Source of the DNA: a virus
DNA: 64,000 nucleotides
Strand: one strand, 5' to 3'
Virus record (IMG/VR): IMGVR_UViG_3300032116_000032
Location: 72,113-136,112 of that record
Numbering within the stretch: the first letter of the stretch is position 1; each line of letters opens with the position of its first letter. The position numbers and the translations under genes are program-made. Under the pieces are notes generated by a model, which saw only the letters and a program-made list of their open reading frames with translations, made no database searches and was not told the origin of the DNA. Positions 1 to 9,226 of this stretch are shown one piece after another.

Positions 1-825
1 GAAATAAAAGTTTTAACACCAAATAACAAAGCTAGAGTGTCAACAAAAGAAGGTAATAGATCGTATACCCTTTCATTTAATTGTGATGTTGATATACAAC
101 CATTGAGAGATAACCAAGGAAGACCCTTAAGTGAATTATTTTTTACGTCAATTTGGAGAGGTTATTTTGGATGGACTAAAGATCTAAAACAAGGGTGGTA
201 CTTTAACACCTTCTTAGAGAATAAAAAACCTCAATCATGGTGGGATGACAATAATGTTAACTCAAATGTTATTGTTAATCAAAATAGTTATGTTTCATTG
301 TTAGGATCAGGACCTTTCTTTTATAATGATTTTTTACAGTCTGGTGACACTATAGATGGTGATTATTGTGAGTGGAATAATTACGAACAATTAGAAAGAG
401 TTATTTCTTTGTATCAACATAAAATAAAATATAACCCATTATGGTTCACACTTTATAATGATTTCTTACCCACAAATCAGCCAGGTTATTTTTATCAACC
501 ACACAGTGCAATACAAATTGCGGCATTTTCAGATTACATTGAAGAGGGTGATTCATCAAATGTTGTTGGTATTCCTGATTATGCTTATTACTCAACTATG
601 GCGGCATTATTTAGATGGAGAGATAAATATCCTTATGGTTTTATTGATACTGACGGTATTGGTGTTGATTATCCGTTCTTAAATAATGCTCATTATCCTT
701 ATAAAAATACAATTTTTAGAATTACTCCTGAATTATATAATATACCAAATGATTATGCAATTTCAGGTTCGGTTCCATTGAACATAACAACAATAGCAGA
801 ACCAACTACAGATGAATGCGAATAG
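1..825 (+). CDS. hypothetical virion structural protein (5'-truncated)
   Basis: Frame 1 is open from base 1 (EIKVLTPNNKARVSTKEG...), so the GTG at 37 is probably internal. It is the first gene of a tightly coupled structural operon. Confidence 0.6.
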   Translation, partial: EIKVLTPNNKARVSTKEGNRSYTLSFNCDVDIQPLRDNQGRPLSELFFTSIWRGYFGWTKDLKQGWYFNTFLENKKPQSWWDDNNVNSNVIVNQNSYVSLLGSGPFFYNDFLQSGDTIDGDYCEWNNYEQLERVISLYQHKIKYNPLWFTLYNDFLPTNQPGYFYQPHSAIQIAAFSDYIEEGDSSNVVGIPDYAYYSTMAALFRWRDKYPYGFIDTDGIGVDYPFLNNAHYPYKNTIFRITPELYNIPNDYAISGSVPLNITTIAEPTTDECE

Positions 826-1615
826 AATAAAAATTTTAAAAACCGAACTTGAACAATTTGTTAATATACCAATTAACATGCAATGGGATTTTATGGGTAA
901 AGATGATGCGATTGATGAATACGAAGTGAGTGTACTTGATCAAGTTATAGGACCTGCGGCGGATTTTGAAATTGCAAGGTTTCCACATAATATATTTCAG
1001 AATCAAGATACAGCAATTAATTATGAATTTTATTTTTATGATGATTCACAACCAATAACAGCAAACACTGTTGGTAACTGGAATATTTCATATTTAAATA
1101 ACGGATTCACCGCGGAAGAAATTTACTACTATTCAAAACCGTTTACTAAATCGTTTTTTAAGTTGGATTTTTATGATACTGCAGATGAAAGAGATCAACA
1201 AATCTATCTATCTGTAATTTTACCTGTTCAACAAGGATTAACACAAACAGTTGTTATATCTCCTTTAGTCCCACCAGTTGAAATTAAAAAACCAAAAATG
1301 GTTTTAGATTATTTAGGTGATAAAGAAGGATTTTTTATTTATTGGTTAAGAAGTAGAGATTTTATAGATGTCGATACTTTTTATGTGACTGCAAAATTTT
1401 TTGATGCTAGGTTAGGTTTTTTTAAACAAATGACCAATACAAGACAAGATTTAATAACACCAACCAAATTTACTTTTAATAATGCAGACTATTTCTATTA
1501 TAGATATAGTTTGAATTACGCAACTAAAACTTACGAGGTATTCTCCACTTCAACAAACTTAAGAGTTGGGGACGGATTATCACCGATAAAATGGTATGAA
1601 TATGTTAATCCATAA
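812..1615 (+). CDS. hypothetical virion/baseplate protein
   Basis: 267-aa ORF, aromatic-rich, overlapping both neighbours in the structural operon. Confidence 0.6.
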   Translation: MNANRIKILKTELEQFVNIPINMQWDFMGKDDAIDEYEVSVLDQVIGPAADFEIARFPHNIFQNQDTAINYEFYFYDDSQPITANTVGNWNISYLNNGFTAEEIYYYSKPFTKSFFKLDFYDTADERDQQIYLSVILPVQQGLTQTVVISPLVPPVEIKKPKMVLDYLGDKEGFFIYWLRSRDFIDVDTFYVTAKFFDARLGFFKQMTNTRQDLITPTKFTFNNADYFYYRYSLNYATKTYEVFSTSTNLRVGDGLSPIKWYEYVNP

Positions 1616-2790
1616 TGGAATTACAACAATATAATTTCATAATTTCTCCTGAAAACATCAAGAGTGATTTAGTATTTGTTCCTTATACAGGGGAGACAGA
1701 TATAACGACAATCATAGACCCTTGTTGTTTAACAGCATTTACATTTAGTGCAGTAACAACAGGGACAACAGGTGTTTATTTACCAATGGAATATGTGTTA
1801 TCAGGAAATACAGGTGGTACATCATTTTTAACGGGATTAACGGTTAATTTAATGTTTACAGAATCTACTGTGGACATTGGGTATTACACGCCAACGGACG
1901 GTTTAATTTTACAACTTGACGTTTTAAATAATTTTATTGTAACAGCAAATACAATAAATCCTTACACTTTCACATTTTATAATACTTCAGATTTAGAGTT
2001 AATAAAATTCTTACAATTAGTTACTTATACTTTAGATTGGGGTGATGGATCAGCACCACAAGCAGTCTTAGGTATTTCACCAATAACACATACATATCCT
2101 GTTAGTCAAACATCTTATACAATAACACTTACGGCAAACTCACCATGGGGTATTTCAAAAGTTCAAAAAGATATTATTGTACCTTACACAAATGCAACAA
2201 TACCAAATCCAAACGGATCAATAACGTTTTATCCTGCGGGAGGTAGTTGGTCGGCAACACCTATAAGTTATGATTATATTTTTACAGGTGACTCAAACAC
2301 AAACATAATTGATTATTATTCCTACAATTATACATCAGTTCCATTTCCAATAACAGGTTTAACCTTATCTTCTGTTAACGACTTAGCACAATTTGGACCT
2401 AAAACAAATTTATATGATGGTAAATTTAAATTAGGAGTTCAGGTTACAGGAACAACAGGGGCTATTGGAACATTTTGGGGACCTGATCCGAGTAATTCTT
2501 ATACAGCATATACCATAAATGGTATGACTTATTTGGACTACGAAGATTATACCATTTATGTTACAGATTCTTATGGTTTAGTTCCTGGTGATATTGTTTT
2601 AACGGCATTAACAAAAAATGAGGCTTTATTAAATGTTATAGATCAACCTGAAATCATTACTAATGTTTTTGTTGAGAGAGGTAAATACACACCATTGGAA
2701 AATATACAAAGAATTGGGGAAGTTGATAATGTAGGAGACTTAGAAAAATACGGATACAAATATTTCAACATTGAAAAAGTATCAACATAA
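1615..2790 (+). CDS. virion protein with PKD/Ig-like motif
   Basis: YTLDWGDGS...THTY...YTITLTA matches the PKD-domain signature; Thr/Gly-rich. Confidence 0.6.
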   Translation: MELQQYNFIISPENIKSDLVFVPYTGETDITTIIDPCCLTAFTFSAVTTGTTGVYLPMEYVLSGNTGGTSFLTGLTVNLMFTESTVDIGYYTPTDGLILQLDVLNNFIVTANTINPYTFTFYNTSDLELIKFLQLVTYTLDWGDGSAPQAVLGISPITHTYPVSQTSYTITLTANSPWGISKVQKDIIVPYTNATIPNPNGSITFYPAGGSWSATPISYDYIFTGDSNTNIIDYYSYNYTSVPFPITGLTLSSVNDLAQFGPKTNLYDGKFKLGVQVTGTTGAIGTFWGPDPSNSYTAYTINGMTYLDYEDYTIYVTDSYGLVPGDIVLTALTKNEALLNVIDQPEIITNVFVERGKYTPLENIQRIGEVDNVGDLEKYGYKYFNIEKVST

Positions 2791-2817
2791 CTATTTATAA
2801 AAAAAAAGAAAAAACAA

Positions 2818-3723
2818 ATGGCTACAGGTAATTACGGAACTATTAGACCAGCGGATGTCAGTCCTGAAGACGTGGAAATCGTTATGGTTTATACACCATC
2901 AAGAGATGACACACAAAACTTCATTTTAACAACATTAAATGCTCAAGATGTCTTAAGACCATACTTCAATAATAATGCAACAGGAGGAAATACTGTTGAA
3001 GTTTTAGGTGGGTTGTATAGTTTAAAACTACCTGCCGATCAGTTCACAAGTTTGGGAATTTATACTTTAATGATTAGACCCGCACAAATTAGAACGACTA
3101 TCACAGATTGTGGTGTTTTATCTGCTCTACCAAATGTTAAAGGAATAGTAATTGATTTGAATAATGTACCAACAGAATATAGAAATAAATTTGTTAATCA
3201 AGGACTTGTAGGATTTAGAGTGGAATATTTGAATCCCGATGGAACAAAAATTCCTAACTTCTTTAGAATAATAACATCTTCATTCTACTGTGAACCAGTC
3301 ATTCAAAACTTAACTAACACAATTCAAAAATCTATTAGATATAGATATGTTGAAGGTGCAACAAATCTTTTATTTTGTACACTTTCACCATCTTCATCAC
3401 CAACAAACAAACCAAGTGCAACTCCGTATATCGGACAACCTAACCAAAGTATTATAATAAGTAATACTTACTTCAATCCAATATCAACAGAGATTGAAAT
3501 AGTAGATCAAGATATTTCAACTTTAGCGATAGCACTTTACGGTAACCAAACTAAATCTATTGAGGACGGTATTTACACTATTTACGACGCTGACAATAAC
3601 ATCTACCAACAATACAACTTGTATGAAATTAAAGATCAGTTTAATACTCTTCTTTATGAAGTTAGACAAAATCGTAATGAAAATATCGATTTCTCTAAAG
3701 CTTTTAATAATATTGTTGCTTAA
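2818..3723 (+). CDS. hypothetical virion/baseplate protein
   Basis: 301-aa ORF translationally coupled (TAATG) to the next gene. Confidence 0.55.
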   Translation: MATGNYGTIRPADVSPEDVEIVMVYTPSRDDTQNFILTTLNAQDVLRPYFNNNATGGNTVEVLGGLYSLKLPADQFTSLGIYTLMIRPAQIRTTITDCGVLSALPNVKGIVIDLNNVPTEYRNKFVNQGLVGFRVEYLNPDGTKIPNFFRIITSSFYCEPVIQNLTNTIQKSIRYRYVEGATNLLFCTLSPSSSPTNKPSATPYIGQPNQSIIISNTYFNPISTEIEIVDQDISTLAIALYGNQTKSIEDGIYTIYDADNNIYQQYNLYEIKDQFNTLLYEVRQNRNENIDFSKAFNNIVA

Positions 3724-6710
3724 TGGCCACACAGAAGTTTACTTGTCCACCTCAAAGTAGTGCCGCCAATGAATTCTCAAATAATTTGGTTGGAGTTCAG
3801 TTAGTCACTGGAGGAGGGTTAACGCAAGCAAATTTTAACTTCACAACAAACATATCCGAAAAACAGAATAGAACGTTTAATATTGGTACGTTTTCAGATC
3901 CAATAAATCTTGAGAGTATAAATATTGATAATAATATTGAAGCCGCTGAGATTTTAGCTAACAACTATAGAGTTTACCCAAATTATGATTTATCTCAAGT
4001 AACAAACTTTACCCAATATGGTTCTTTAGTAAAAAGATTTTCAGTTTCAATAACTAAGATAATCAACTTTTATCCTGCAGGATTAGAGGTTTCACCAAAT
4101 ACAAATAAGTTTATAACTCAAGAAACGGCATTTAATATAACTTACGATGCGGTAGAGGACGACACAACTTTCGAAGTTTCAGTATCATCTATTAGAAATC
4201 CATTTGACATAGATTACACCGTTAATGCTGAAACTAATATGTTGTTTAATGAGATGGAAGTTTCACCTCTGAGGAATATGAAATTGGAGTATAAAAAATA
4301 CGCCTTAGTTGTCAACGGCAATGAATATCCTGTAAATTATTTGTACCCTACGACAAGTAATTCATCTACATTAAAATTAATTGTTGATGGAAACCCATTC
4401 AACGGGAATTCAATATCTTACGATTATATTGTTATAAGACCAAATAACTATGAAGTTAATAAAGTATTTAATCTGAAGTTTGATCCTGTTGAGAATTTTT
4501 TATTAAATAGAAATATTAATCCTCCATATACCGCAACTTTTACAGTACCAAGAGAACAAGAAGATGGAACATTTAAGATAACAACAGAACTTGCCACATT
4601 CCCAAAATCAGGACTTTGGAACTTAGATATTGAATCACAAACATTTGATAACTACCTAACACAAATTAACGATTTTGCAATAAATCTTGATTCATATAAC
4701 ACGAATTTAGTTTCAAGATTTTTAACGACAGGTGCTCTGAAAGAGTTTGATACACCTGATCATAAATTTGAAAAACTTTTACAGATTTATGGTAGAAGTT
4801 TTGACGAAACTAAAGCATTCATTTCGGCGTTAGGTAATATTAATAGTGTTCACTATACTGTTAAAAATGATATACCGTCACAACTTTTGAAAAATTTGGC
4901 ACAAACATTAGGTTGGGTAACAAACTTTTCACCTATATCGAATGAAGAATTGTTACAGGCAGTTTTTACAACACAACCAAATACTTTTCCTGGTTTACAA
5001 ATAGGACCAACGCCTGAGGAAATTAATTATCAATTTTACAGAAACTTAATTATAAATTCTGCGTGGTTATTTAAATCAAAAGGAACAAGAAAATCTATTG
5101 AGTGTCTCTTGAGGATGGTTGGAGCTCCTGAGGCTTTAATTGATTTTAACGAACACATTTATGTTGCTGATCAAAGAATTAACATGAGTGAGTTTAATAA
5201 ACAGTACTTACAATTATCGGGAGGAACTTTCCTACAAGAATATCCTGTATTAGAAACTAACAACACATACTCAATACAAGGTATTCAGTACACTGGTTTT
5301 ACAACAACATTTGCAAATGCAACAGTTTTAACTACAAGAGAAGATTATCCTGTTGATGAATTTGGATGTCCTAAAATGCCAACACCAACGGAGGAATACT
5401 TTTTTCAAATTGGAGGAGGATGGTTCGAATCAACACCTCAACACAGGATGCCAGAATTTGTAATCCCAACAAATCAAGTATTCATAGGCGATAATCCTAA
5501 TTTCCAAACTCAACTTTTACCTTTCAACTATGGAGAGGAATATCTACAACTGTACAGACATTTCCCATATATGAATTTGGGGTATAAGATTAGAAAAGTC
5601 CAAGATAATAAGAAAAGTTGGAGTGATACCTCACCAACACAACGAGTAAGTTCAGATGGTGGATTTAATGCTTATTATGAAGTCGGTGAAGAATGTTTAA
5701 CATTGAATGTAAAAAATGTTGACATTATGATGAATCCCGCACAAGGTTTGGTTTATGATGTTTGGACAATGTCTAGACAATATAATTACCCAATACCTGA
5801 ACAAGGTTTATTCTACACTCCTGACACACCTTGTAGTGTACCAAATCCTTACCCAAGATATGGTGGAATAGATTGGACAACAATTATCCCAAAACCAAAA
5901 CAAAAAACTTTCTTTGAATTTGCTCAAACATTTTGGAGAAATATGGTTAACACTAGAAACCGACAATTTATTACCGATGGTAAAACTGGAGGTTACCCAA
6001 CACTACAATCAATATATTGGAAATACTTAGAATCTCAGACACAAGCAGGAATACCAAATGATAATTTTACATACCAAACTATGATAGATTATATTAATGG
6101 TATGGGTGACTATTGGATTAGAATGGTTGAACAAATGGTCCCTGCAACTACAATATGGAACACAGGAGTTAGATTAGAAAATTCAATATTTCATAGACAA
6201 AAATTTGTATGGAGAAGACAAGAAGGCTGTAAAATCGTTCCTGTTCCTTGTAAACCTTGTTCTTTGGCAACACAATTATTTGTATACGATTGCCCTGTAC
6301 AACAAGTGGTTTGTGGACTTTATCCTTGGAATAGTGACCCTACAATAACATCTATGGGTGCAGTCTTGAATGATACTTTAGATACTTTTTATAGCCAAAA
6401 TTCATTAAACCCAACCGATTGTTTACAGAATTCAATTGTAACAACTTGGAATGTAGATTTGAGGGTAAATGGATTTGTATTGGTAATATCACCTTTCTAC
6501 ACAGGTATTGGACCATTCAATATCCCAACTAATTCAGAATGGGTTGACGCTTTGAGTAGTACATTAAATAATTTACTAACCTCAGGGTATAGTTATAATA
6601 TTGATGAGGATAACGAACAAATAACAGTCTTTAACAATAATTGTCAACCTAATTTTGATGACTTTCAAATAAACATAGGACTTGAGTTCGAAATATATTG
6701 TAACGAATAA
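3723..6710 (+). CDS. baseplate wedge / tail protein (P2 gpI-like segment)
   Basis: DIPSQLLKNLAQTLGW...LFKSKGTRKSIECLLRMVG resembles the Tail_P2_I/baseplate wedge pattern. Confidence 0.6.
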   Translation: MATQKFTCPPQSSAANEFSNNLVGVQLVTGGGLTQANFNFTTNISEKQNRTFNIGTFSDPINLESINIDNNIEAAEILANNYRVYPNYDLSQVTNFTQYGSLVKRFSVSITKIINFYPAGLEVSPNTNKFITQETAFNITYDAVEDDTTFEVSVSSIRNPFDIDYTVNAETNMLFNEMEVSPLRNMKLEYKKYALVVNGNEYPVNYLYPTTSNSSTLKLIVDGNPFNGNSISYDYIVIRPNNYEVNKVFNLKFDPVENFLLNRNINPPYTATFTVPREQEDGTFKITTELATFPKSGLWNLDIESQTFDNYLTQINDFAINLDSYNTNLVSRFLTTGALKEFDTPDHKFEKLLQIYGRSFDETKAFISALGNINSVHYTVKNDIPSQLLKNLAQTLGWVTNFSPISNEELLQAVFTTQPNTFPGLQIGPTPEEINYQFYRNLIINSAWLFKSKGTRKSIECLLRMVGAPEALIDFNEHIYVADQRINMSEFNKQYLQLSGGTFLQEYPVLETNNTYSIQGIQYTGFTTTFANATVLTTREDYPVDEFGCPKMPTPTEEYFFQIGGGWFESTPQHRMPEFVIPTNQVFIGDNPNFQTQLLPFNYGEEYLQLYRHFPYMNLGYKIRKVQDNKKSWSDTSPTQRVSSDGGFNAYYEVGEECLTLNVKNVDIMMNPAQGLVYDVWTMSRQYNYPIPEQGLFYTPDTPCSVPNPYPRYGGIDWTTIIPKPKQKTFFEFAQTFWRNMVNTRNRQFITDGKTGGYPTLQSIYWKYLESQTQAGIPNDNFTYQTMIDYINGMGDYWIRMVEQMVPATTIWNTGVRLENSIFHRQKFVWRRQEGCKIVPVPCKPCSLATQLFVYDCPVQQVVCGLYPWNSDPTITSMGAVLNDTLDTFYSQNSLNPTDCLQNSIVTTWNVDLRVNGFVLVISPFYTGIGPFNIPTNSEWVDALSSTLNNLLTSGYSYNIDEDNEQITVFNNNCQPNFDDFQINIGLEFEIYCNE

Positions 6711-8908
6711 TGAGTATTTTAATTTATAATTATAGTGTAACGGGGGATTGTAGTAATACAGGTAGCGGTGCGGTTTCGTTTGATATAACTGGAAGTACAC
6801 CAACAGTATCTCCTTTTAGTATTTCAGATGCAACAGGTCAAGGATTATTACCACTTTCTGCAGCAACAAATACATACTCAGTAACTGGCCTTACAGGAGG
6901 CACATATTATGCTCAACTTACAGATTCTAGTACAGAAAAAGAAGTTTTAAACATTTATATTTCAACAGGCACTACAGCAACTATTGATTCGTCCAATACC
7001 ACTTGTGGACAGAATAATGGAACCATAACAGGTTTCACGTCTGGCGTCTATGGACTTGTTTCTTTTAATTTATATGATATAAGTAATAATTTAATTTCAG
7101 GTGTAACAACATCTAATTCTTATTATGAATTCACATCTCTTTCGGCCGGTACATATTACATTGTTGCAAACGATGGTGGTGGATGTACAGGAATAACCGC
7201 ATCTGTAATATTAAATCCTTCATCAGGTTTAACATATGGTGCATATGTTGTTGATGATGCTAGTTGTTTAGGTTCAGGTAGTGGTAAAATTTTCTTAACA
7301 GGGTTAACACCACCATTGTCGGCATACACAATAACTTGGAGTCCTAACGCTTTAGGGCAAACAGGATCAACAATAACAGGACTAACATCTGGATCTTATG
7401 TTGCTACTGTTACTAATTCAGTAGGATGTACGTTAAGTCAGTCATTTACTGTAAACACTATTCCGCCATTAACATCAGGTGGTTTTATTGTGGTATCACA
7501 ACCTTCTTGTTTTGCCAATGATGGTGAAGTGGAGTTTATTGTTGTTGGTGGTACTGCACCATATTTTTTTAGTGGATCATCAGGTCAAGTTGAAATAACA
7601 TTTGATACTTCCGTAACTTTTACGGGACTATCTTCAGGATTATACTCATTTTTTGTGACAGATTCAGGTTTATGTACAATTTATGATTCTGTAAGTTTAA
7701 TAACACCAAACTCTTTTAGTACTGTTGCAGTAACAACAACTAACTCAACTTGTTCTGTAAATGATGGTAGTATTAATGTTTTAGTTGATGGAGGACTTAG
7801 TACTGCAACCAACTTACAAATTTCGGTATCTGGAACAACAGGTATAAGTCAAATAGGATTGTTTGGTAGTTCTAATGAAACATTTAATGGTCTCGGAAGT
7901 GGAACATATATAGTAACAGTTGTATCTGCAGGTTGTACCTATACCGCATCAACAGTAATAAATTCTGTTAGTTTATATAGTGCAACTACTGAAGTAACCG
8001 GAACTACATGTGGATTGAATAATGGGATTCTTGTTGTAAGTGCGTCAACAGGAGGAACTTTCCCATACACATATTCATTAACAGGACCAAGTTACAACCC
8101 AAACACTACTACAAGCCAGTTCAACACGTTTACTAATTTAGCTAACGGAAATTACGTGTTAACAATACAAGATACCTCATCACCACCTTGTATACAAACA
8201 TATGCGGTTAATATACCATATAGTCAAAGTGTAAACTTTAATCTATATCCAAACCAACCTGTAAATGGTAATGACGGATCTATAACTGCGTTTATCACAA
8301 GTGGTGAACCACCTTTCACTTTAACTTGGAGTGGAGGAACTATAGGACTTCAAACAGGAAGTACTGTTACAGGTCTTACTTCAGGTCCTTACAGTCTAAC
8401 TGTAACTGATGCTAGTGGTTGTACACTAACAAAATACGCAACATTAACAGGTACTAAAAAATACACTAATTATTTATACTATAATGTTTGTGATAATACA
8501 TTTACAGATAGTGGGTTAGTAACTAAAAGAACTATACGAGCAATGTATTTAGAAGGGTTCAATGACTTAACTAGTGGTGATACAAACTGTATTATAAATT
8601 CTGCAACTTTTACGATTGGTGCTGAAGTTGGTGGACAATCAGCAGAAACTATATTTTATACATCTTCTGGTTCTACAGATTACCCAAATGATATACTATG
8701 GGCAGACGCAATATCGACAATACTTAACGACTTTGTTGGAATATCAGATGTTACTATAGACCTACCTTCAAATAGAATTATCATAAAAACAAACTGCGAA
8801 GAAATCACTAAAAACTGTGGTCCACAAACAATAAATCCATTACAAGATACTGAAATAAAAGTCAACTTATTGATTGACTATGACATATCTTGTGTAAGTT
8901 GTAGTTAA
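6710..8908 (+). CDS. virion adhesin-like protein with SprB-like beta repeats
   Basis: Repeated units C..NDG.I....GG..PY.(F/Y).W...TGLTSG.Y..TVTD..GC resemble the SprB repeat (PF13573). Confidence 0.65.
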   Translation: MSILIYNYSVTGDCSNTGSGAVSFDITGSTPTVSPFSISDATGQGLLPLSAATNTYSVTGLTGGTYYAQLTDSSTEKEVLNIYISTGTTATIDSSNTTCGQNNGTITGFTSGVYGLVSFNLYDISNNLISGVTTSNSYYEFTSLSAGTYYIVANDGGGCTGITASVILNPSSGLTYGAYVVDDASCLGSGSGKIFLTGLTPPLSAYTITWSPNALGQTGSTITGLTSGSYVATVTNSVGCTLSQSFTVNTIPPLTSGGFIVVSQPSCFANDGEVEFIVVGGTAPYFFSGSSGQVEITFDTSVTFTGLSSGLYSFFVTDSGLCTIYDSVSLITPNSFSTVAVTTTNSTCSVNDGSINVLVDGGLSTATNLQISVSGTTGISQIGLFGSSNETFNGLGSGTYIVTVVSAGCTYTASTVINSVSLYSATTEVTGTTCGLNNGILVVSASTGGTFPYTYSLTGPSYNPNTTTSQFNTFTNLANGNYVLTIQDTSSPPCIQTYAVNIPYSQSVNFNLYPNQPVNGNDGSITAFITSGEPPFTLTWSGGTIGLQTGSTVTGLTSGPYSLTVTDASGCTLTKYATLTGTKKYTNYLYYNVCDNTFTDSGLVTKRTIRAMYLEGFNDLTSGDTNCIINSATFTIGAEVGGQSAETIFYTSSGSTDYPNDILWADAISTILNDFVGISDVTIDLPSNRIIIKTNCEEITKNCGPQTINPLQDTEIKVNLLIDYDISCVSCS

Positions 8909-9205
8909 ATGCCCTCACAAGTTACAATAGTATCGGCAATAGGTATTACACCACCATTTAGTGGAACCGCTTGTGATGTCTATGGAAATCAATGTTCATA
9001 TATAGGAAGTGGAACAACTTTTCCAATAACATTTACATTACCATCACAATTCAATACGGCTCCATCATTACAATTAACATTACAAGATTCAATTGGATGT
9101 TTAGTGTCTGAAATAATTTATTGTTCAACCGAAGGATTACCAAAACAATTCCAAAATTTACAATATTACTTTTTTATGGATGGAACTCAGTTTAATTTTC
9201 AGTAA
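8909..9205 (+). CDS. small Cys-containing virion protein (paralog of 19817-20038)
   Basis: Shares MP.Q.TI...PF...CD...C.YI...P..F.LP...DS..CLV.E with the 19817-20038 product. Confidence 0.6.
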   Translation: MPSQVTIVSAIGITPPFSGTACDVYGNQCSYIGSGTTFPITFTLPSQFNTAPSLQLTLQDSIGCLVSEIIYCSTEGLPKQFQNLQYYFFMDGTQFNFQ

Positions 9206-9210
9206 CCAAA

Positions 9211-9218
9211 ATATTTAT
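9211..9218 (+). promoter_or_regulatory. ATATTTAT upstream motif (putative late promoter)
   Basis: Exact motif 8 nt before the fibre ATG; recurs before many genes. Confidence 0.5.
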
Positions 9219-9226
9219 TATACGAT

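Noticed and set aside
458-682. Short nested alternative-frame ORFs throughout the track (for example 458-682, 3560-3760, 25953-26135, 53224-53433)
   Set aside because: Entirely within longer motif-bearing genes, with no promoter, coupling or recognisable motifs.
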